From contig CAWDNU010000004.1 in the NCBI GenBank assembly GCA_963803705.1, positions 256,001 through 320,000 on the forward strand: a DNA stretch of 64,000 nucleotides. The letters are read 5' to 3'. This document shows, piece after piece, positions 29,855 to 40,574 of this stretch. Position 1 is the first letter of the stretch. Every line of letters begins with the position of its first letter. Source of the stretch: an uncultured Pseudobdellovibrionaceae bacterium (GTDB lineage Bacteria > Bdellovibrionota > Bdellovibrionia > Bdellovibrionales > UBA1609). The notes below the pieces were generated by a model. That model made no database searches. It saw only the letters and a list, made by a program, of their open reading frames with translations, and was not told where the DNA came from. The position numbers and the translations under genes were made by a program.

Positions 29855-30382
29855 ATGGAGATATTTATGAAGATGAAGAAAAAAATTATTTTAACGACAG
29901 CTTTATTTTTTGTCAGCAACATATGTTTTGCAGTAGGACCTTGTTCAGAAGATATACAGATTTGCGAAGGCCTTGGACCGGACAGCACCACTGCAGAAAT
30001 TTGTATCGATAGGTACGGCCAAACTACTGCAGCCCGAAATTGTGGAGTGTGGATTAAAACGGGATTAATTCAACCGCGAGATCTTTCCATTTGCCATGGA
30101 GGACCGATAGCACTGAACAAGAATGGGTATTCTTTTGATTTTGGCTATAAGTGCCTTAGAACAATAGCTAGGAAAAATCAAACTCACTCAGCGACAACGA
30201 GTGATTATGATTTAGACAAAATTGTAAGCGGATGTAGGGTTGAAGCAACCCGCGGAAGCTCATGGTTTAGGTTTATTAATGGAACTGAGAAAGCATACCT
30301 GATATGTATAGATAAATACCTTAATAATGGGCTCGGTTTATTTTCCACACCAACTGATAACTTTGGCAGAGCTACCTATTAA
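29855..30382 (+). CDS. Cys-rich secreted hypothetical protein
   Basis: Signal peptide ending CFA; many Cys. Confidence 0.6.
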   Translation: MEIFMKMKKKIILTTALFFVSNICFAVGPCSEDIQICEGLGPDSTTAEICIDRYGQTTAARNCGVWIKTGLIQPRDLSICHGGPIALNKNGYSFDFGYKCLRTIARKNQTHSATTSDYDLDKIVSGCRVEATRGSSWFRFINGTEKAYLICIDKYLNNGLGLFSTPTDNFGRATY

Positions 30383-30682
30383 AATAACGGTAGTGCTAGC
30401 TAATTTATAATGCAGATTTAGTTCAGGATTGAAATTGAAACACGAAACTCAGTTGCAAATAGCTGAGGATGAAAAATTAGGTGCTATGGCTGGAGGCCGC
30501 CTCTGAGCCTTAACACTGTTAATTTTTATGTAACCCTCTACATAATGTCTCTCCTCAAATTCTTTAAATTTTTTACAGACTCAGATAATGCAACCTAAGC
30601 TGTTTTCAGGCACCCAATTCTTAATGGTCGTCAGTCCTTCGTTTGCTTAGAATCTTTAGAATCCTGAAACTAGTTAGATTTA

Positions 30683-32785
30683 TTACTGCTGCAAGCTACT
30701 TAGGTGAGGCTTTAAACAATGGGGTCCGACCACAGTTCCAGCATGCTTCCTTAAGCAACTAAGTAAAACATCTTTCGATATGGGCTTGGTCAAGTGCTCA
30801 TCGCATCCAGCTAACCTCGATTCAACCTCGTGCTCTTTCATTGCATGAGCAGTAAGAGCAAGTATCGGTTTTGTAAAGCCTTTGCTACGAATTAGCTTAG
30901 TGGCCTGCAAGCCATCCAGATCAGGCATTTGCATGTCCATTAAAATGATGTCGTAATGGTTTTTCGCAGCCATTGCTACAGCTTCATTGCCATCGTTTGC
31001 GAAGTCCACAACAGACCCTGTACCTTTCATATAAAATTTAAAAAGCATCTGATTTTCAGGACTATCCTCGGCGATTAAAATTTTTATATTATCAATGTTA
31101 CAGTTCAAAAATGACTTTTCGCTATCAACGTTTGCCTGCGCTAGCTTTTGATCAGTTTTATTTCGCATTTTCTGCGATTCCACGACAAACGAAAAATGTG
31201 AACCTATGCCAAGCTCACTGGTAACTAGCTTCACAGTACCCTTCAACATAATTGCTAATTTCTTTGATAGGGCTAAGCCGAGGCCAGTGCCGCCATAATT
31301 TCGAGTGATTGAAGTATCTGTTTGAATAAAGGGTTTAAAAAGTTTTTCTTGATTTTCTGCTGATATACCAATGCCAGTATCAAAGACGTGAAATTCTAAA
31401 TAGCCTTGATCACCTAAGCTATAAAAATCAACCTTGACCGTGACGCTTCCTTTCACTGTGAATTTAATTGAATTAGACAAAAGATTAATAAGGATTTGTC
31501 TTATCCTTAGCGGATCTGAGTTGGTAAATTCAGGTATTGAATCAGAGTATTCAACATATAGCTCTAATTTCTTCTGGTCAGCTTTTACTTTTAAGATAGA
31601 TATAACATCTTCAACTAATGCTTTTGGATTAAAGCTTGAAAAGCTTAGCTCTAGCATTCCAGCCTCGACTTTAGATATATCTAGAATGTCATCGATCAAA
31701 TCCAGTAAGGTTTCGCCCCCGCTTGATATTTTAGAAATTGCGCTCTCACGTTCAACAGAAGAAAGCTTATTATCTTTTAGCATTTCCGTAAATCCCATGA
31801 TCGCGTTCATTGGGGTTCGAATCTCATGACTCATGTTAGCTAAGAAAGAGGTTTTTGCCAGACTGGCCTTTTCTGCTTCCTCTTTTGCAAATTTTAATTC
31901 TTGTGAACGTTTGATATCATTAGTAATATTTAGCACAACGCCAACCAGCCGAAGATTACCTTCTTGTCCCGAGAACTGCTCGCCTTTAACCTTTAGCCAT
32001 ATAGTTTCACCGTTTGGCCTAACCCATCTAAATACAATATCTAAAAGATGATTGTCTCTTATCGTGGCATGCAGTAGGTCTTTCACCTGCGCCCTATCCT
32101 CGAAGTGAACTAGCGTTAAAACTTCTTCAACCGTATTATTAAACTTAGAAGCATCTAGTCCTAACTCTAAAATTAGGGTGTCACTAAGAACAAGATGCTT
32201 TTTTGCAATGTCTAGATCCCATAGGCCAATTTCACCAGCAGATAACGCGGTCTGAAGGCGTTTTTGACTTAGCTTTAAACCATCCTCTGCTAATACCCTT
32301 GCGGTGATATCTTCAGCTAAACCAACCATACGTATAGCTTTGCCCGACCGATCAAAAACAGGTGAGCCCCAATCGTAAATCCACCGGACTTCGCCATCTG
32401 GACGAAGTATGCGGTATCTTCCTTCAGTGCTTTGACCGGATTCGCGTTCACTGATCATACGAAGAACAGTAGGTCGATCTTCAGGCACAATATAATTTAT
32501 GAAGTTCTTTGGATTTTCATAAAGATCTGTTAATGGTCGACCCCAGACTTCTTCAAAAGATGCACTAAAATAATGATTTTCCATGGGAGTAAGATCTAAG
32601 ATGTGCAAGACTTGACCCTTCAAAGAGTTGGCAAACTGAAATAGGAAATCCTCGCTACCGTCTATATCCGTTTTCGTCTTGTTAAATGGCTTAGTCACTT
32701 TACCAACTAACAAGCCAACCAGTTGGGAAAATGGCGAGGCAAATTCAAATGTCCTTAAGTGTTTCCTACTTTCAGCTTTCAACAT
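30683..32785 (-). CDS. Hybrid sensor histidine kinase (PAS-PAS-HisKA-HATPase-REC)
   Basis: FLANMSHEIRTPM, NLLSNSIKFT, DTGIG, GGTGLGL, DIILMDMQMP. Confidence 0.95.
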   Translation of the reverse strand: MLKAESRKHLRTFEFASPFSQLVGLLVGKVTKPFNKTKTDIDGSEDFLFQFANSLKGQVLHILDLTPMENHYFSASFEEVWGRPLTDLYENPKNFINYIVPEDRPTVLRMISERESGQSTEGRYRILRPDGEVRWIYDWGSPVFDRSGKAIRMVGLAEDITARVLAEDGLKLSQKRLQTALSAGEIGLWDLDIAKKHLVLSDTLILELGLDASKFNNTVEEVLTLVHFEDRAQVKDLLHATIRDNHLLDIVFRWVRPNGETIWLKVKGEQFSGQEGNLRLVGVVLNITNDIKRSQELKFAKEEAEKASLAKTSFLANMSHEIRTPMNAIMGFTEMLKDNKLSSVERESAISKISSGGETLLDLIDDILDISKVEAGMLELSFSSFNPKALVEDVISILKVKADQKKLELYVEYSDSIPEFTNSDPLRIRQILINLLSNSIKFTVKGSVTVKVDFYSLGDQGYLEFHVFDTGIGISAENQEKLFKPFIQTDTSITRNYGGTGLGLALSKKLAIMLKGTVKLVTSELGIGSHFSFVVESQKMRNKTDQKLAQANVDSEKSFLNCNIDNIKILIAEDSPENQMLFKFYMKGTGSVVDFANDGNEAVAMAAKNHYDIILMDMQMPDLDGLQATKLIRSKGFTKPILALTAHAMKEHEVESRLAGCDEHLTKPISKDVLLSCLRKHAGTVVGPHCLKPHLSSLQQ

Positions 32786-33106
32786 CGCTACATTCCTTTA
32801 ATTCGATAACCAGAAATTTAGGTGCTAAAAGAACTCATTGCAATAGATAAGTCATTTTTTGAAAAAGATTATAAACTATAAATCATCAATTTTGTAAGAT
32901 GTATAGCTTTGGTGATTTGTACTAAGTGCACTGGTCAAATGAAACCTTAGCGGTTATTAAAAAACCTAAAAATAAACAGAAAAATTCTTGTTATACGTGG
33001 AGCTTCCAACCAAATTCCTGCTTCAATGACAAGTTACAGAACCGCCCCCAGAGCTCGCCTAACACCTTGTAGTGGCAGAAACATAGGGAATTGACTGTGC
33101 TATGTC

Positions 33107-33481
33107 TTAGGCAGATCCACTTACTACTCTTGCTACTGAATACTTACAAACATAGTCGTCCCTGATCAGCTCATTGACCTCGGACTTTTTAACCTTCCAC
33201 TTCATTTCCCTAAGGGTACCGTCTGTGTTCTTAATTTTGTAATCAGTGACATTGCCAGCAGCGAAAACCTTACCGTCCTTTTTAAGTAACCATTCGAATG
33301 AGTAATGACAATTTCCTTTCGCGTCCTCACCAACAAAGTTGATGTGAATTTGATCTTCAGGCGGTAAGCTCTCAGCTAATTTATCTTTGGCCTTTAAGTA
33401 AATCTGATTGCGGATGGCACTTATAAAATAAGTTTGGTCACCTTCGTTTTTGTCATCCATTATTTTCCCCGCTTTCTTCAA
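33107..33481 (-). CDS. Hypothetical protein
   Basis: Overlaps the upstream ORF; its stop lies in an attC-like site. Confidence 0.5.
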   Translation of the reverse strand: MKKAGKIMDDKNEGDQTYFISAIRNQIYLKAKDKLAESLPPEDQIHINFVGEDAKGNCHYSFEWLLKKDGKVFAAGNVTDYKIKNTDGTLREMKWKVKKSEVNELIRDDYVCKYSVARVVSGSA

Positions 33482-33707
33482 CCTGATGCTGATCTAAAAG
33501 CTTTAATGCCTCTTCGCATCCGGGGATATCGATACTTGCAGCTAGAAGCGCTTTATACTCTCTGATCGCATTCAAGTCGGCACCATGCACTTCATAAAAC
33601 GCAAGATTGGCTTGCTTTGGCTCACCGCCCTTGGCTAGGTGTTGGCTTATCACTTCATTAGGTGCAGGTTCTCTTTCAAACCATTTAGTTAATTCGCTGA
33701 TACTCAT
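33453..33707 (-). CDS. Hypothetical protein, possibly 5'-truncated
   Basis: The frame stays open some way upstream of the ATG. Confidence 0.45.
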   Translation of the reverse strand: MSISELTKWFEREPAPNEVISQHLAKGGEPKQANLAFYEVHGADLNAIREYKALLAASIDIPGCEEALKLLDQHQVEESGENNG

Positions 33708-34001
33708 TTGTTCCTCTAATGCTAGTTGTTTGAATGCTAAGCCTAATATAGCGGTGAATCCAATCAGTTGGAAGTGCTTCCTAACTGCATTAGAATCTTG
33801 TATCTATACACCCCGCTTTTAAAAAAGTAATTTTTGACAGCTCTATAAGAGCAGGCGTTGCTACAGTCTTTTAGATTTTCGTCACGACCATATTCTATGA
33901 GCTGACTTATGCCTGGTACTAAAACTGAATAAGAATCCACTAAATTTTTTAAGGACAAAGATTCTGAATTAACAATGCAGATAATGCATACATGACGTTT
34001 A

Positions 34002-34664
34002 TTAAAGGAATGAAGAGCATCTAAATTTTGATCCAAATTTTGAAGAATTTTCTGATCGAAATTTAAAAAAAGCAGAGGCGTTAGCTGGATTTTCTGTGAT
34101 AGAAATTTCATGCATATACAGATCTGATATATACCGGAATCCATTTTCTTTATAGCCGTTCTTAATGTTGTAGCCCACCGACAGTCCACCGAAATTTTCT
34201 AATAGATCAAGGGCCTCGTCAATTTTGACCACTAAGTTATGGTTCCAAAATTCAATAACTGATATAAGCTGTTTCCTTTCTATTAATCTTTTTACTCTTA
34301 GCTTAGCTAACCAACGTTGGGTGGCAGGGCTATTTAAGTCGATATAACCCTCTACATAAAGTCCTTCTTCTGTTTCTTTAAAATTTGTCCACACGCCGAT
34401 GTAATAGTTGAAGTCGTGTTCGGGTTGCATTTTAATGGTTTTACCACTTACTCTTTCCCCGGCGTAAAAAGACCTTATGTCTTCAAAAAAAGCTCCTGGT
34501 AGGATTATGTCATTATATTTATCAAGTTCACCGAAAACACTTGCAAGGCCATATATATAAATTCTATTCAACGACCGTTCTTCGGCTTTCACCGACATTT
34601 TTGCAACAAGTAGCGTTCCGACACCGAACGCAATTATAAAGATTGCTTTGATTTTTTTTCTCAC
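34002..34664 (-). CDS. HK97-type phage prohead protease (peptidase S78) with an N-terminal signal peptide
   Basis: GLASVFG, DIILPGAF, EHD...IGVW, EEGLYVEG, GLSVGY, EISITENPAN; N-terminus MRKKIKAIFIIAFGVGTLLVAKMSVKA. Confidence 0.85.
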   Translation of the reverse strand: MRKKIKAIFIIAFGVGTLLVAKMSVKAEERSLNRIYIYGLASVFGELDKYNDIILPGAFFEDIRSFYAGERVSGKTIKMQPEHDFNYYIGVWTNFKETEEGLYVEGYIDLNSPATQRWLAKLRVKRLIERKQLISVIEFWNHNLVVKIDEALDLLENFGGLSVGYNIKNGYKENGFRYISDLYMHEISITENPANASAFFKFRSENSSKFGSKFRCSSFL

Positions 34665-34675
34665 CCAATAGATTT

Positions 34676-34692
34676 AGCAATTTGTGAGCCAG
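34676..34692 (-). promoter_or_regulatory. Sigma54-type (-24/-12) promoter
   Basis: CTGGCTCACAAATTGCT fits TGGC-N7-TTGC; 13 nt upstream of the GTG start. Confidence 0.65.
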
Positions 34693-34905
34693 TTTATCGT
34701 CTTTTAGAAGCCCCATCCTACCATTATGCGCAATTAACATCCTTTAACTGTTTTGGACATAAGGTTGGGTGACAGTTTTTGATCTAAAATCTATCTTTCT
34801 GGATTTCAAAATCTGGGATTAGGCTCACCTTGAGATCTAAAATCTACTCCCAAGATATTAGAACCCATTTGTTGATAATTTCGATCTAATAGCTGAAGAT
34901 TAGAC

Positions 34906-35763
34906 ATGTCCAATTTACCAATTGATGCACCTTCGAATTCAGACATTGTTGCAAGGCCTTTGAAAGGCCATAGGCGATTCTTGTATATAATTATTTTCGA
35001 GGCCGAGACACCCCTGGGAAGGATGTTCGATGTGGCATTATTGTGGGCCATTTCAATCAGTGTCTTGGCGGTAATATTAGAAAGCGAACCTGCTATAACT
35101 GATTACTTTGGAAATGGGCTTTTTTACTTAGAATGGTTTTTGACAATTGTTTTTACAATTGAATATTTTTTAAGGCTATATGTTTCTAAGAAACCTTGGA
35201 CCTATATGACAAGCTTTTTTGGCTTAGTGGACCTACTAGCAACTTTACCCACTTATTTAAGCCTATTCTTACCAGGTACTCAGTTTTTAATGGTCGTCAG
35301 GGTGTTGCGACTATTAAGAGTATTTAGGGTGTTGAAGTTAGTAAGGTTTATCACTGCAGCAAGTGTTCTTGGGAATGCTTTAAAGCAAAGCCGTCACAAA
35401 ATTTATATTTTTCTTGGAGTTATAATTTCTATAGTCCTAATTTTAGGAACTTGCATGTACATCGTTGAAGGCGAACACAGTGGCTTTGCAAGCATCCCCC
35501 AAAGCATGTATTGGACCATCGTTACAATGACCACTGTAGGTTACGGCGATATCGTCCCTGTTACAACTTTGGGTAAATTTGTCGCTTCAGTCATGATGTT
35601 AATAGGCTATGCAATAATTGCTGTTCCCACTGGAATTGTGTCTGCCGAACTATCAGAATCCTACCGGCATGGTCCAAAGACAATACCTTGTAAAAGATGC
35701 CATGAATCTTTAAATAGCAATCATAATTACTGTTTTAAGTGTGGACAAAAAACAAATGAATAG
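34906..35763 (+). CDS. 6-TM potassium channel
   Basis: S4 RVLRLLRVFRVLK and filter TTVGYGD; C-terminal CxxC...CxxC. Confidence 0.92.
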   Translation: MSNLPIDAPSNSDIVARPLKGHRRFLYIIIFEAETPLGRMFDVALLWAISISVLAVILESEPAITDYFGNGLFYLEWFLTIVFTIEYFLRLYVSKKPWTYMTSFFGLVDLLATLPTYLSLFLPGTQFLMVVRVLRLLRVFRVLKLVRFITAASVLGNALKQSRHKIYIFLGVIISIVLILGTCMYIVEGEHSGFASIPQSMYWTIVTMTTVGYGDIVPVTTLGKFVASVMMLIGYAIIAVPTGIVSAELSESYRHGPKTIPCKRCHESLNSNHNYCFKCGQKTNE

Positions 35764-35774
35764 GCTGGTAATTA

Positions 35775-36875
35775 ATGTTTGATACACAAAAAAAGTTTTT
35801 TATATCCAAATATAAAGAAAATGAAACGCTCTTTAATATTTTATTTTTTATAGGTGGCGTTTTATTTGATATATTTACACTTGATGACATAGATAGCTTT
35901 TTTAGTATAGGTCAGCAGCTATTTTATTTAATTTTAATTGGAATTATTATTTATTTTGATTTAATTCACTACTACACACCATTAAAAATCAGGAAAGGAT
36001 TTAACAAAATTTGGGAGTACCGAGAATTAATTCTACATTTTATGTTAGGCGGTCTGTTGAGTGTTTACTCTTTGTTTTTTATCAAAAGTGCATCTTTATT
36101 TTCCTCTTTTGGCTTCATATCCTTTATGATTTTCATTTTGGTGGCAAATGAACTTCAAATTGTACAAAAGCAAAAAATAAGTTTGAAAATAGGCCTTTAT
36201 TTTATTTGTGTATTTTCTTTTTTTTCTATGATTTTTCCCGTAGTTTTAGGCCATGTCGGAAAACTTCCATTTGGACTTTCCTTAGGATCTACGGCGCTCA
36301 GCGTGTGGTTTTTCTACCGACTTGTATTTAAGAAAATTGTGAACAAAAATTCGCTTAGAAAAGCACTTTTTTTGCCCTCTGGTGCAATTTTAAGTATTTT
36401 CCTTGTTTTTTATTACCTTGGTTGGATTCCGCCTGTTCCTCTGTCGGTGAAAGAGATAGGTGTTTACCACAATATCGAAAAAAACGATCAAGGTGAGTAC
36501 GTTCTATTTTTTGAAAGATCTACCTGGAAATTTTGGATGGCCGGAGATGAAAACTTTAAAGCTGGAGTGGATGACAAAGTTTACATATTTGCACGTATTT
36601 TTTCACCTGCCAGGTTTGACGACACTTTATATTTAAACTGGCAACTTTATCAAAACGAAAAAGGCTGGGTGTCCACTGACAGAATTCCTATCCGAATCTA
36701 CGGTGGACGAAAAGAAGGGTTTAGAGGAATCGCCTACAAAGAAAACTACTCTGACGGACAGTGGCGTGTGCTAGTAGAAACCAACGACCAAAGAGAAGTT
36801 GGAAGGCTCAGCTTTAATATAACGTCTAAAGAACCTGATGCTGCACCAAGCTTGCTCAACAGCATAATTAGGTGA
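35775..36875 (+). CDS. Membrane protein with a DUF2914-like C-terminal domain
   Basis: Multi-TM N-terminus, IPPVPLS, GGRKEGFRG, GQWRVLVET. Confidence 0.75.
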   Translation: MFDTQKKFFISKYKENETLFNILFFIGGVLFDIFTLDDIDSFFSIGQQLFYLILIGIIIYFDLIHYYTPLKIRKGFNKIWEYRELILHFMLGGLLSVYSLFFIKSASLFSSFGFISFMIFILVANELQIVQKQKISLKIGLYFICVFSFFSMIFPVVLGHVGKLPFGLSLGSTALSVWFFYRLVFKKIVNKNSLRKALFLPSGAILSIFLVFYYLGWIPPVPLSVKEIGVYHNIEKNDQGEYVLFFERSTWKFWMAGDENFKAGVDDKVYIFARIFSPARFDDTLYLNWQLYQNEKGWVSTDRIPIRIYGGRKEGFRGIAYKENYSDGQWRVLVETNDQREVGRLSFNITSKEPDAAPSLLNSIIR

Positions 36876-36910
36876 TTGAATTTGGTTTGTACTGATTGGG
36901 GGGCCAAATC

Positions 36911-37531
36911 ATGAAAAAATTTCCGTTATTTATTTATACTCTATTAGCATTTAGTTCGTTTAGCTTAGCTACAGAATTTCTTTACCCAAACAGTTATACT
37001 ATTTCTTGTGACATGGCCCAGACAAAGTCCGGAAGCAATCCCGCCGATGTAGACTTTTCCGAAATAATTTTTCTAGAGAATTCAAAGACAGTTGATTTTG
37101 GTTTTGTAGATCTAAGTTTTAATCAACTGCCGCTTACACCCATCAACAAACTTCAGAAAGGTTCTAAAAATGAATCTATTTTATTCAGTCCGAAAGTAGC
37201 ACTCTTTAAAAAGCTTGCTCCATCATTGTTATTTAAATTCTACGTTACAGTTGATTGGAATAATTTTACGACTAGTACTAAAGTAAAACACCTTGGTAGT
37301 GTTCCAAATTCCCTAACTGAATACGAAATATATCATGGTTCTAAGAGCAAAATCCCATTTAAGAAGGGCACTTTAGTTAAAGGCCAATTAAACATGGCTT
37401 TGGATGATACAAAACACACTAACGACCAACTAAGAGTCCTGTATTTGTGGCATGCAGACGAAGCTCGAATCGGTTGGGACACTTCAAATAAAGTACAATA
37501 CGTACTTAGTTGCTCTTTAAATGGACGATAG
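36911..37531 (+). CDS. Secreted hypothetical protein
   Basis: Signal peptide ending SLA. Confidence 0.6.
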   Translation: MKKFPLFIYTLLAFSSFSLATEFLYPNSYTISCDMAQTKSGSNPADVDFSEIIFLENSKTVDFGFVDLSFNQLPLTPINKLQKGSKNESILFSPKVALFKKLAPSLLFKFYVTVDWNNFTTSTKVKHLGSVPNSLTEYEIYHGSKSKIPFKKGTLVKGQLNMALDDTKHTNDQLRVLYLWHADEARIGWDTSNKVQYVLSCSLNGR

Positions 37532-37716
37532 AATCGGCTATTTGGGATTTTGATTTTTTCCACACATTGTCAGCCTTTCTTACAAGGTCAAAATGAGTGC
37601 CCGTCAGAACTAAACTTTAAATTACTTTTTACTCCCTTACTTATATTCTTTTATTATATGTGAAGCAGTCTACAGCATCATTTTAGAGCATCCATCCTAC
37701 GAATTGAAAAAAAAAA

Positions 37717-38688
37717 TTAAATTGTGAGGTTGCAGACCATGGGCTCTTCAGGATTGGGCTGTGTGATCGGGGGGTCTGGGGCCGGGGCTGGCACAGAGCC
37801 TGGTGGACCATATAGGGCCGATAGGATTTCAGCGTCCCCTAGGCTTATGCTTCTATTAAAAGGTATTAAACAGTCATTTGGGAAGCCAGTTCTGACTATT
37901 TGGTCACAGGACGGACTTCTTTTAACTAATGCTGGATAGGCTTTGCCTATAGCAAAGGCGTCAGATCTATAAATCATAATAGAGTCAAAATCGAAATCTG
38001 TGATAGTTCCACCTGCCGAAACTAAGGTAAAATTGCTAAGTCGACCTGCTTGGACATTTTCTTCAATAACGCGGACAAAATTGCCCCTATCTGGATGCTG
38101 CTGTTCATGCTTTACCCCTAGGTTATGCATCAGCTCGTGAATAATAATTGCTTCTTGATTACATCTTCCTTCTAAATTTATAACTCCATTTACAGTACGC
38201 CCCACCGACGCGAAACAGCCTGTACCTGATGTGGTCGCCCTTACATAGTAAGCTTCATCAGTATGTTCTACACAACTTACATTTGAAACTGCAGATATTT
38301 TTTCACAAGCTGCAAAGATTTTTGCTTTTAAATCCATATTCACATCACTTTCAAAGATGATTGGTAAAACTCCGTTGTTCCACAAAGATAAAAAAGGAGA
38401 TGTCGTCCCAAAGCCCTGGTTCTTTAAATTATTAAAGTTGCTATACCTTGAGGACCAGTGCTTCACCAAATCTAAGTAAGAATAAACTTCGTGGACCGGA
38501 AGGATCATATCCCCAATCAGCACTTCACTATCATCTAGCTGTTCTAAAATAGAGTTTTGATCACAAGAGTTCACAGAGCTTTGGCTGCTGGTAATTCCAT
38601 TACAAGCAGTCAAACCAAGGGTTACAGCACCAAAAATTAAGGTGACGAATGCTTTACATTTTCGGTTTAAGTGGTGCTTTGACATCAT
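37717..38688 (-). CDS. Astacin-family (M12A) zinc metalloprotease, lipoprotein
   Basis: HELMHNLGVKHEQQHPDR, Met-turn SIMIY, GCFASVG, lipobox LTAC. Confidence 0.9.
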   Translation of the reverse strand: MMSKHHLNRKCKAFVTLIFGAVTLGLTACNGITSSQSSVNSCDQNSILEQLDDSEVLIGDMILPVHEVYSYLDLVKHWSSRYSNFNNLKNQGFGTTSPFLSLWNNGVLPIIFESDVNMDLKAKIFAACEKISAVSNVSCVEHTDEAYYVRATTSGTGCFASVGRTVNGVINLEGRCNQEAIIIHELMHNLGVKHEQQHPDRGNFVRVIEENVQAGRLSNFTLVSAGGTITDFDFDSIMIYRSDAFAIGKAYPALVKRSPSCDQIVRTGFPNDCLIPFNRSISLGDAEILSALYGPPGSVPAPAPDPPITQPNPEEPMVCNLTI

Positions 38689-38693
38689 AGGGC

Positions 38694-38721
38694 TTATCGG
38701 ATTTCACCGCCAGGTGTTGTA
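38694..38721 (-). promoter_or_regulatory. FliA (sigma28)-like promoter
   Basis: TACA-N16-TCCGATAA ending 5 nt before the ATG. Confidence 0.55.
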
Positions 38722-39098
38722 AATAAATAGTATGATATGTCTCATTTTGAAGCTTTTAAAAATCTTTGAAACAAGTTTTGCAACACTTAAAACTAAAGAA
38801 CTTTTAAATTTTCAAGTCTGTTAAGTAGCTCCACATTACATCTTCAGATCTATGGTTTAAACTCTTGCAAGAGCGCACCCCATCACCCATAAATAATAAG
38901 TCACCTAATTAAGGCCCAAAAGGTCACTTTGCGCCTATTGATTTGAAAAAAATTTACACTTAGTAAGTTTTTTTATTAAAAAATTTATGTGAACTCCTAA
39001 CTTTACCAAGCCGATGAAACGCACTAAAGCCAACTATATCAAACACATATAAAATTCAAATTTTTTTTTAAGCTTACTTTGTGATTTATAAGTGATGG

Positions 39099-39114
39099 TG
39101 GCGCCCCCTTTGCT
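39099..39114 (+). promoter_or_regulatory. Sigma54-type promoter
   Basis: TGGCGCCCCCTTTGCT (GG-N10-GC). Confidence 0.6.
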
Positions 39115-39157
39115 GGGATTGTGTGGTGTTTAATTGAACAAAGAACTTGGAGTCATC

Positions 39158-39529
39158 ATGAACTTGTTATTTAAAAAAACTTTGGAAATAAACCTTGCTG
39201 TTATTATGTTGTTATTTTGCAAGCTGTCCTTTGCAGGTGTGGTTAGCAAATCCTGCCGATCAGAAATTAAAGATGACAACTTAGTTGCATCAGTTCGGCA
39301 ATTTACTGCAGCGCAACCTGTAAGCTTAAACTTAGATGATGTTAGTTTTATGAAGGGTCGGAATTTAATCCAGAAAACTAGCCAAGTCAGAACCAAACAG
39401 AAAAAGTACGAAGTCTACTTCTTGAATGCTTTAGCAGGTCAAAATTTGGCTTCGAATGAATCCTTCGTTATGCAGTTGACCCTAGATGTAGAAGATTGCT
39501 CGATCTACGATTTAGTCTTATTTCAATAG
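39158..39529 (+). CDS. Secreted hypothetical protein
   Basis: SD GGAG, signal peptide ending SFA. Confidence 0.6.
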   Translation: MNLLFKKTLEINLAVIMLLFCKLSFAGVVSKSCRSEIKDDNLVASVRQFTAAQPVSLNLDDVSFMKGRNLIQKTSQVRTKQKKYEVYFLNALAGQNLASNESFVMQLTLDVEDCSIYDLVLFQ

Positions 39530-39857
39530 AACCGGCTAAGCCGCTAAACTAATTTTATATGCAGTTCAAGTGCGGGGCTTATTGCTGATATTTTCCCAGG
39601 GCAAATTGACCTAATTAGTCCCAAGTGATTCTGACAGTCTATCGGAATCATAAGCATATTATTTTAGTACCAGATAAGAAATCTAAGGGCCCTACTTAAA
39701 AAGCTAACTTTTGTGAGTGATATTTAACAGCCATAAAAACAATTGCTTGGCCAGTTCTAATACGCTTAAGTGTTAAATAATACATCAATGGCATTAAATT
39801 TTTGAGCATAGCATTTGCAGAGTATGGAGAGCGTCAATTTTAAACAGGAGAAAATTT

Positions 39858-40574
39858 ATGGTCAGAAAACACTGGTTAGCCCTTTTTATAGTATTTCCGT
39901 TAGCGCATATTAACGCGCAAACGGTAGAAAATAACTTAACTGAAGATACGAAGAATGTTCCAAGATATTATTTTCAAAGCCCTAGGTACTCTGCGAAATT
40001 GGAATTTTCTTATGGCGGAATTGATCAAATAGACGCTATGAGCAAAACGAAAGTTGCCGATGGATCTCTTCAAATTCAATGGCCTATTAAGTTAAAAAGT
40101 AAAAAAACAATGCAAGAGCTTGCTACTAGCTCAGGAACTCCTGGAATGTTCATTGCTAAAAGAAAAGCGAGGTTTGCTCATAATTTTTATGGAGCTCATA
40201 TGGGCGCATTCTTACAACACTTGATTCCATCTAGTATTAATGATGACTTACTAATTGCATATCCATTCGAACCTTTTTGCTATCTTCACTATCTGTTTGT
40301 AGAAGATTTCAAGCCTACAACCACTAATGAAAATGGAGTACATGAAATGCTAGTACTTGATAAAGGAGATAGAGTGCATACGGGTCGCTTAGATGCGTGG
40401 AGAGTAGCTGATGAAAATGGTGACTTTGAGACACTCGTTATAGAGTCTAAGCCTGTTCTTGGTCTTCCGATGTTCTGCTTTTCCCCGGCAGACGGTCCTA
40501 TGTCAAAAGAAGATGTAATAAAGCGATTTAATCAAACTATGGATGGATATATTAGGTTTAAAACCCAAGAATAG
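39858..40574 (+). CDS. Secreted hypothetical protein
   Basis: SD AGGAG, signal peptide ending INA. Confidence 0.6.
   Translation: MVRKHWLALFIVFPLAHINAQTVENNLTEDTKNVPRYYFQSPRYSAKLEFSYGGIDQIDAMSKTKVADGSLQIQWPIKLKSKKTMQELATSSGTPGMFIAKRKARFAHNFYGAHMGAFLQHLIPSSINDDLLIAYPFEPFCYLHYLFVEDFKPTTTNENGVHEMLVLDKGDRVHTGRLDAWRVADENGDFETLVIESKPVLGLPMFCFSPADGPMSKEDVIKRFNQTMDGYIRFKTQE

Noticed and set aside
33764..34189. ORF overlapping the prohead protease, and other short antisense ORFs in the track (e.g. 9041..10219, 31434..32051)
   Set aside because: Shadow frames of well-supported genes with no motifs of their own
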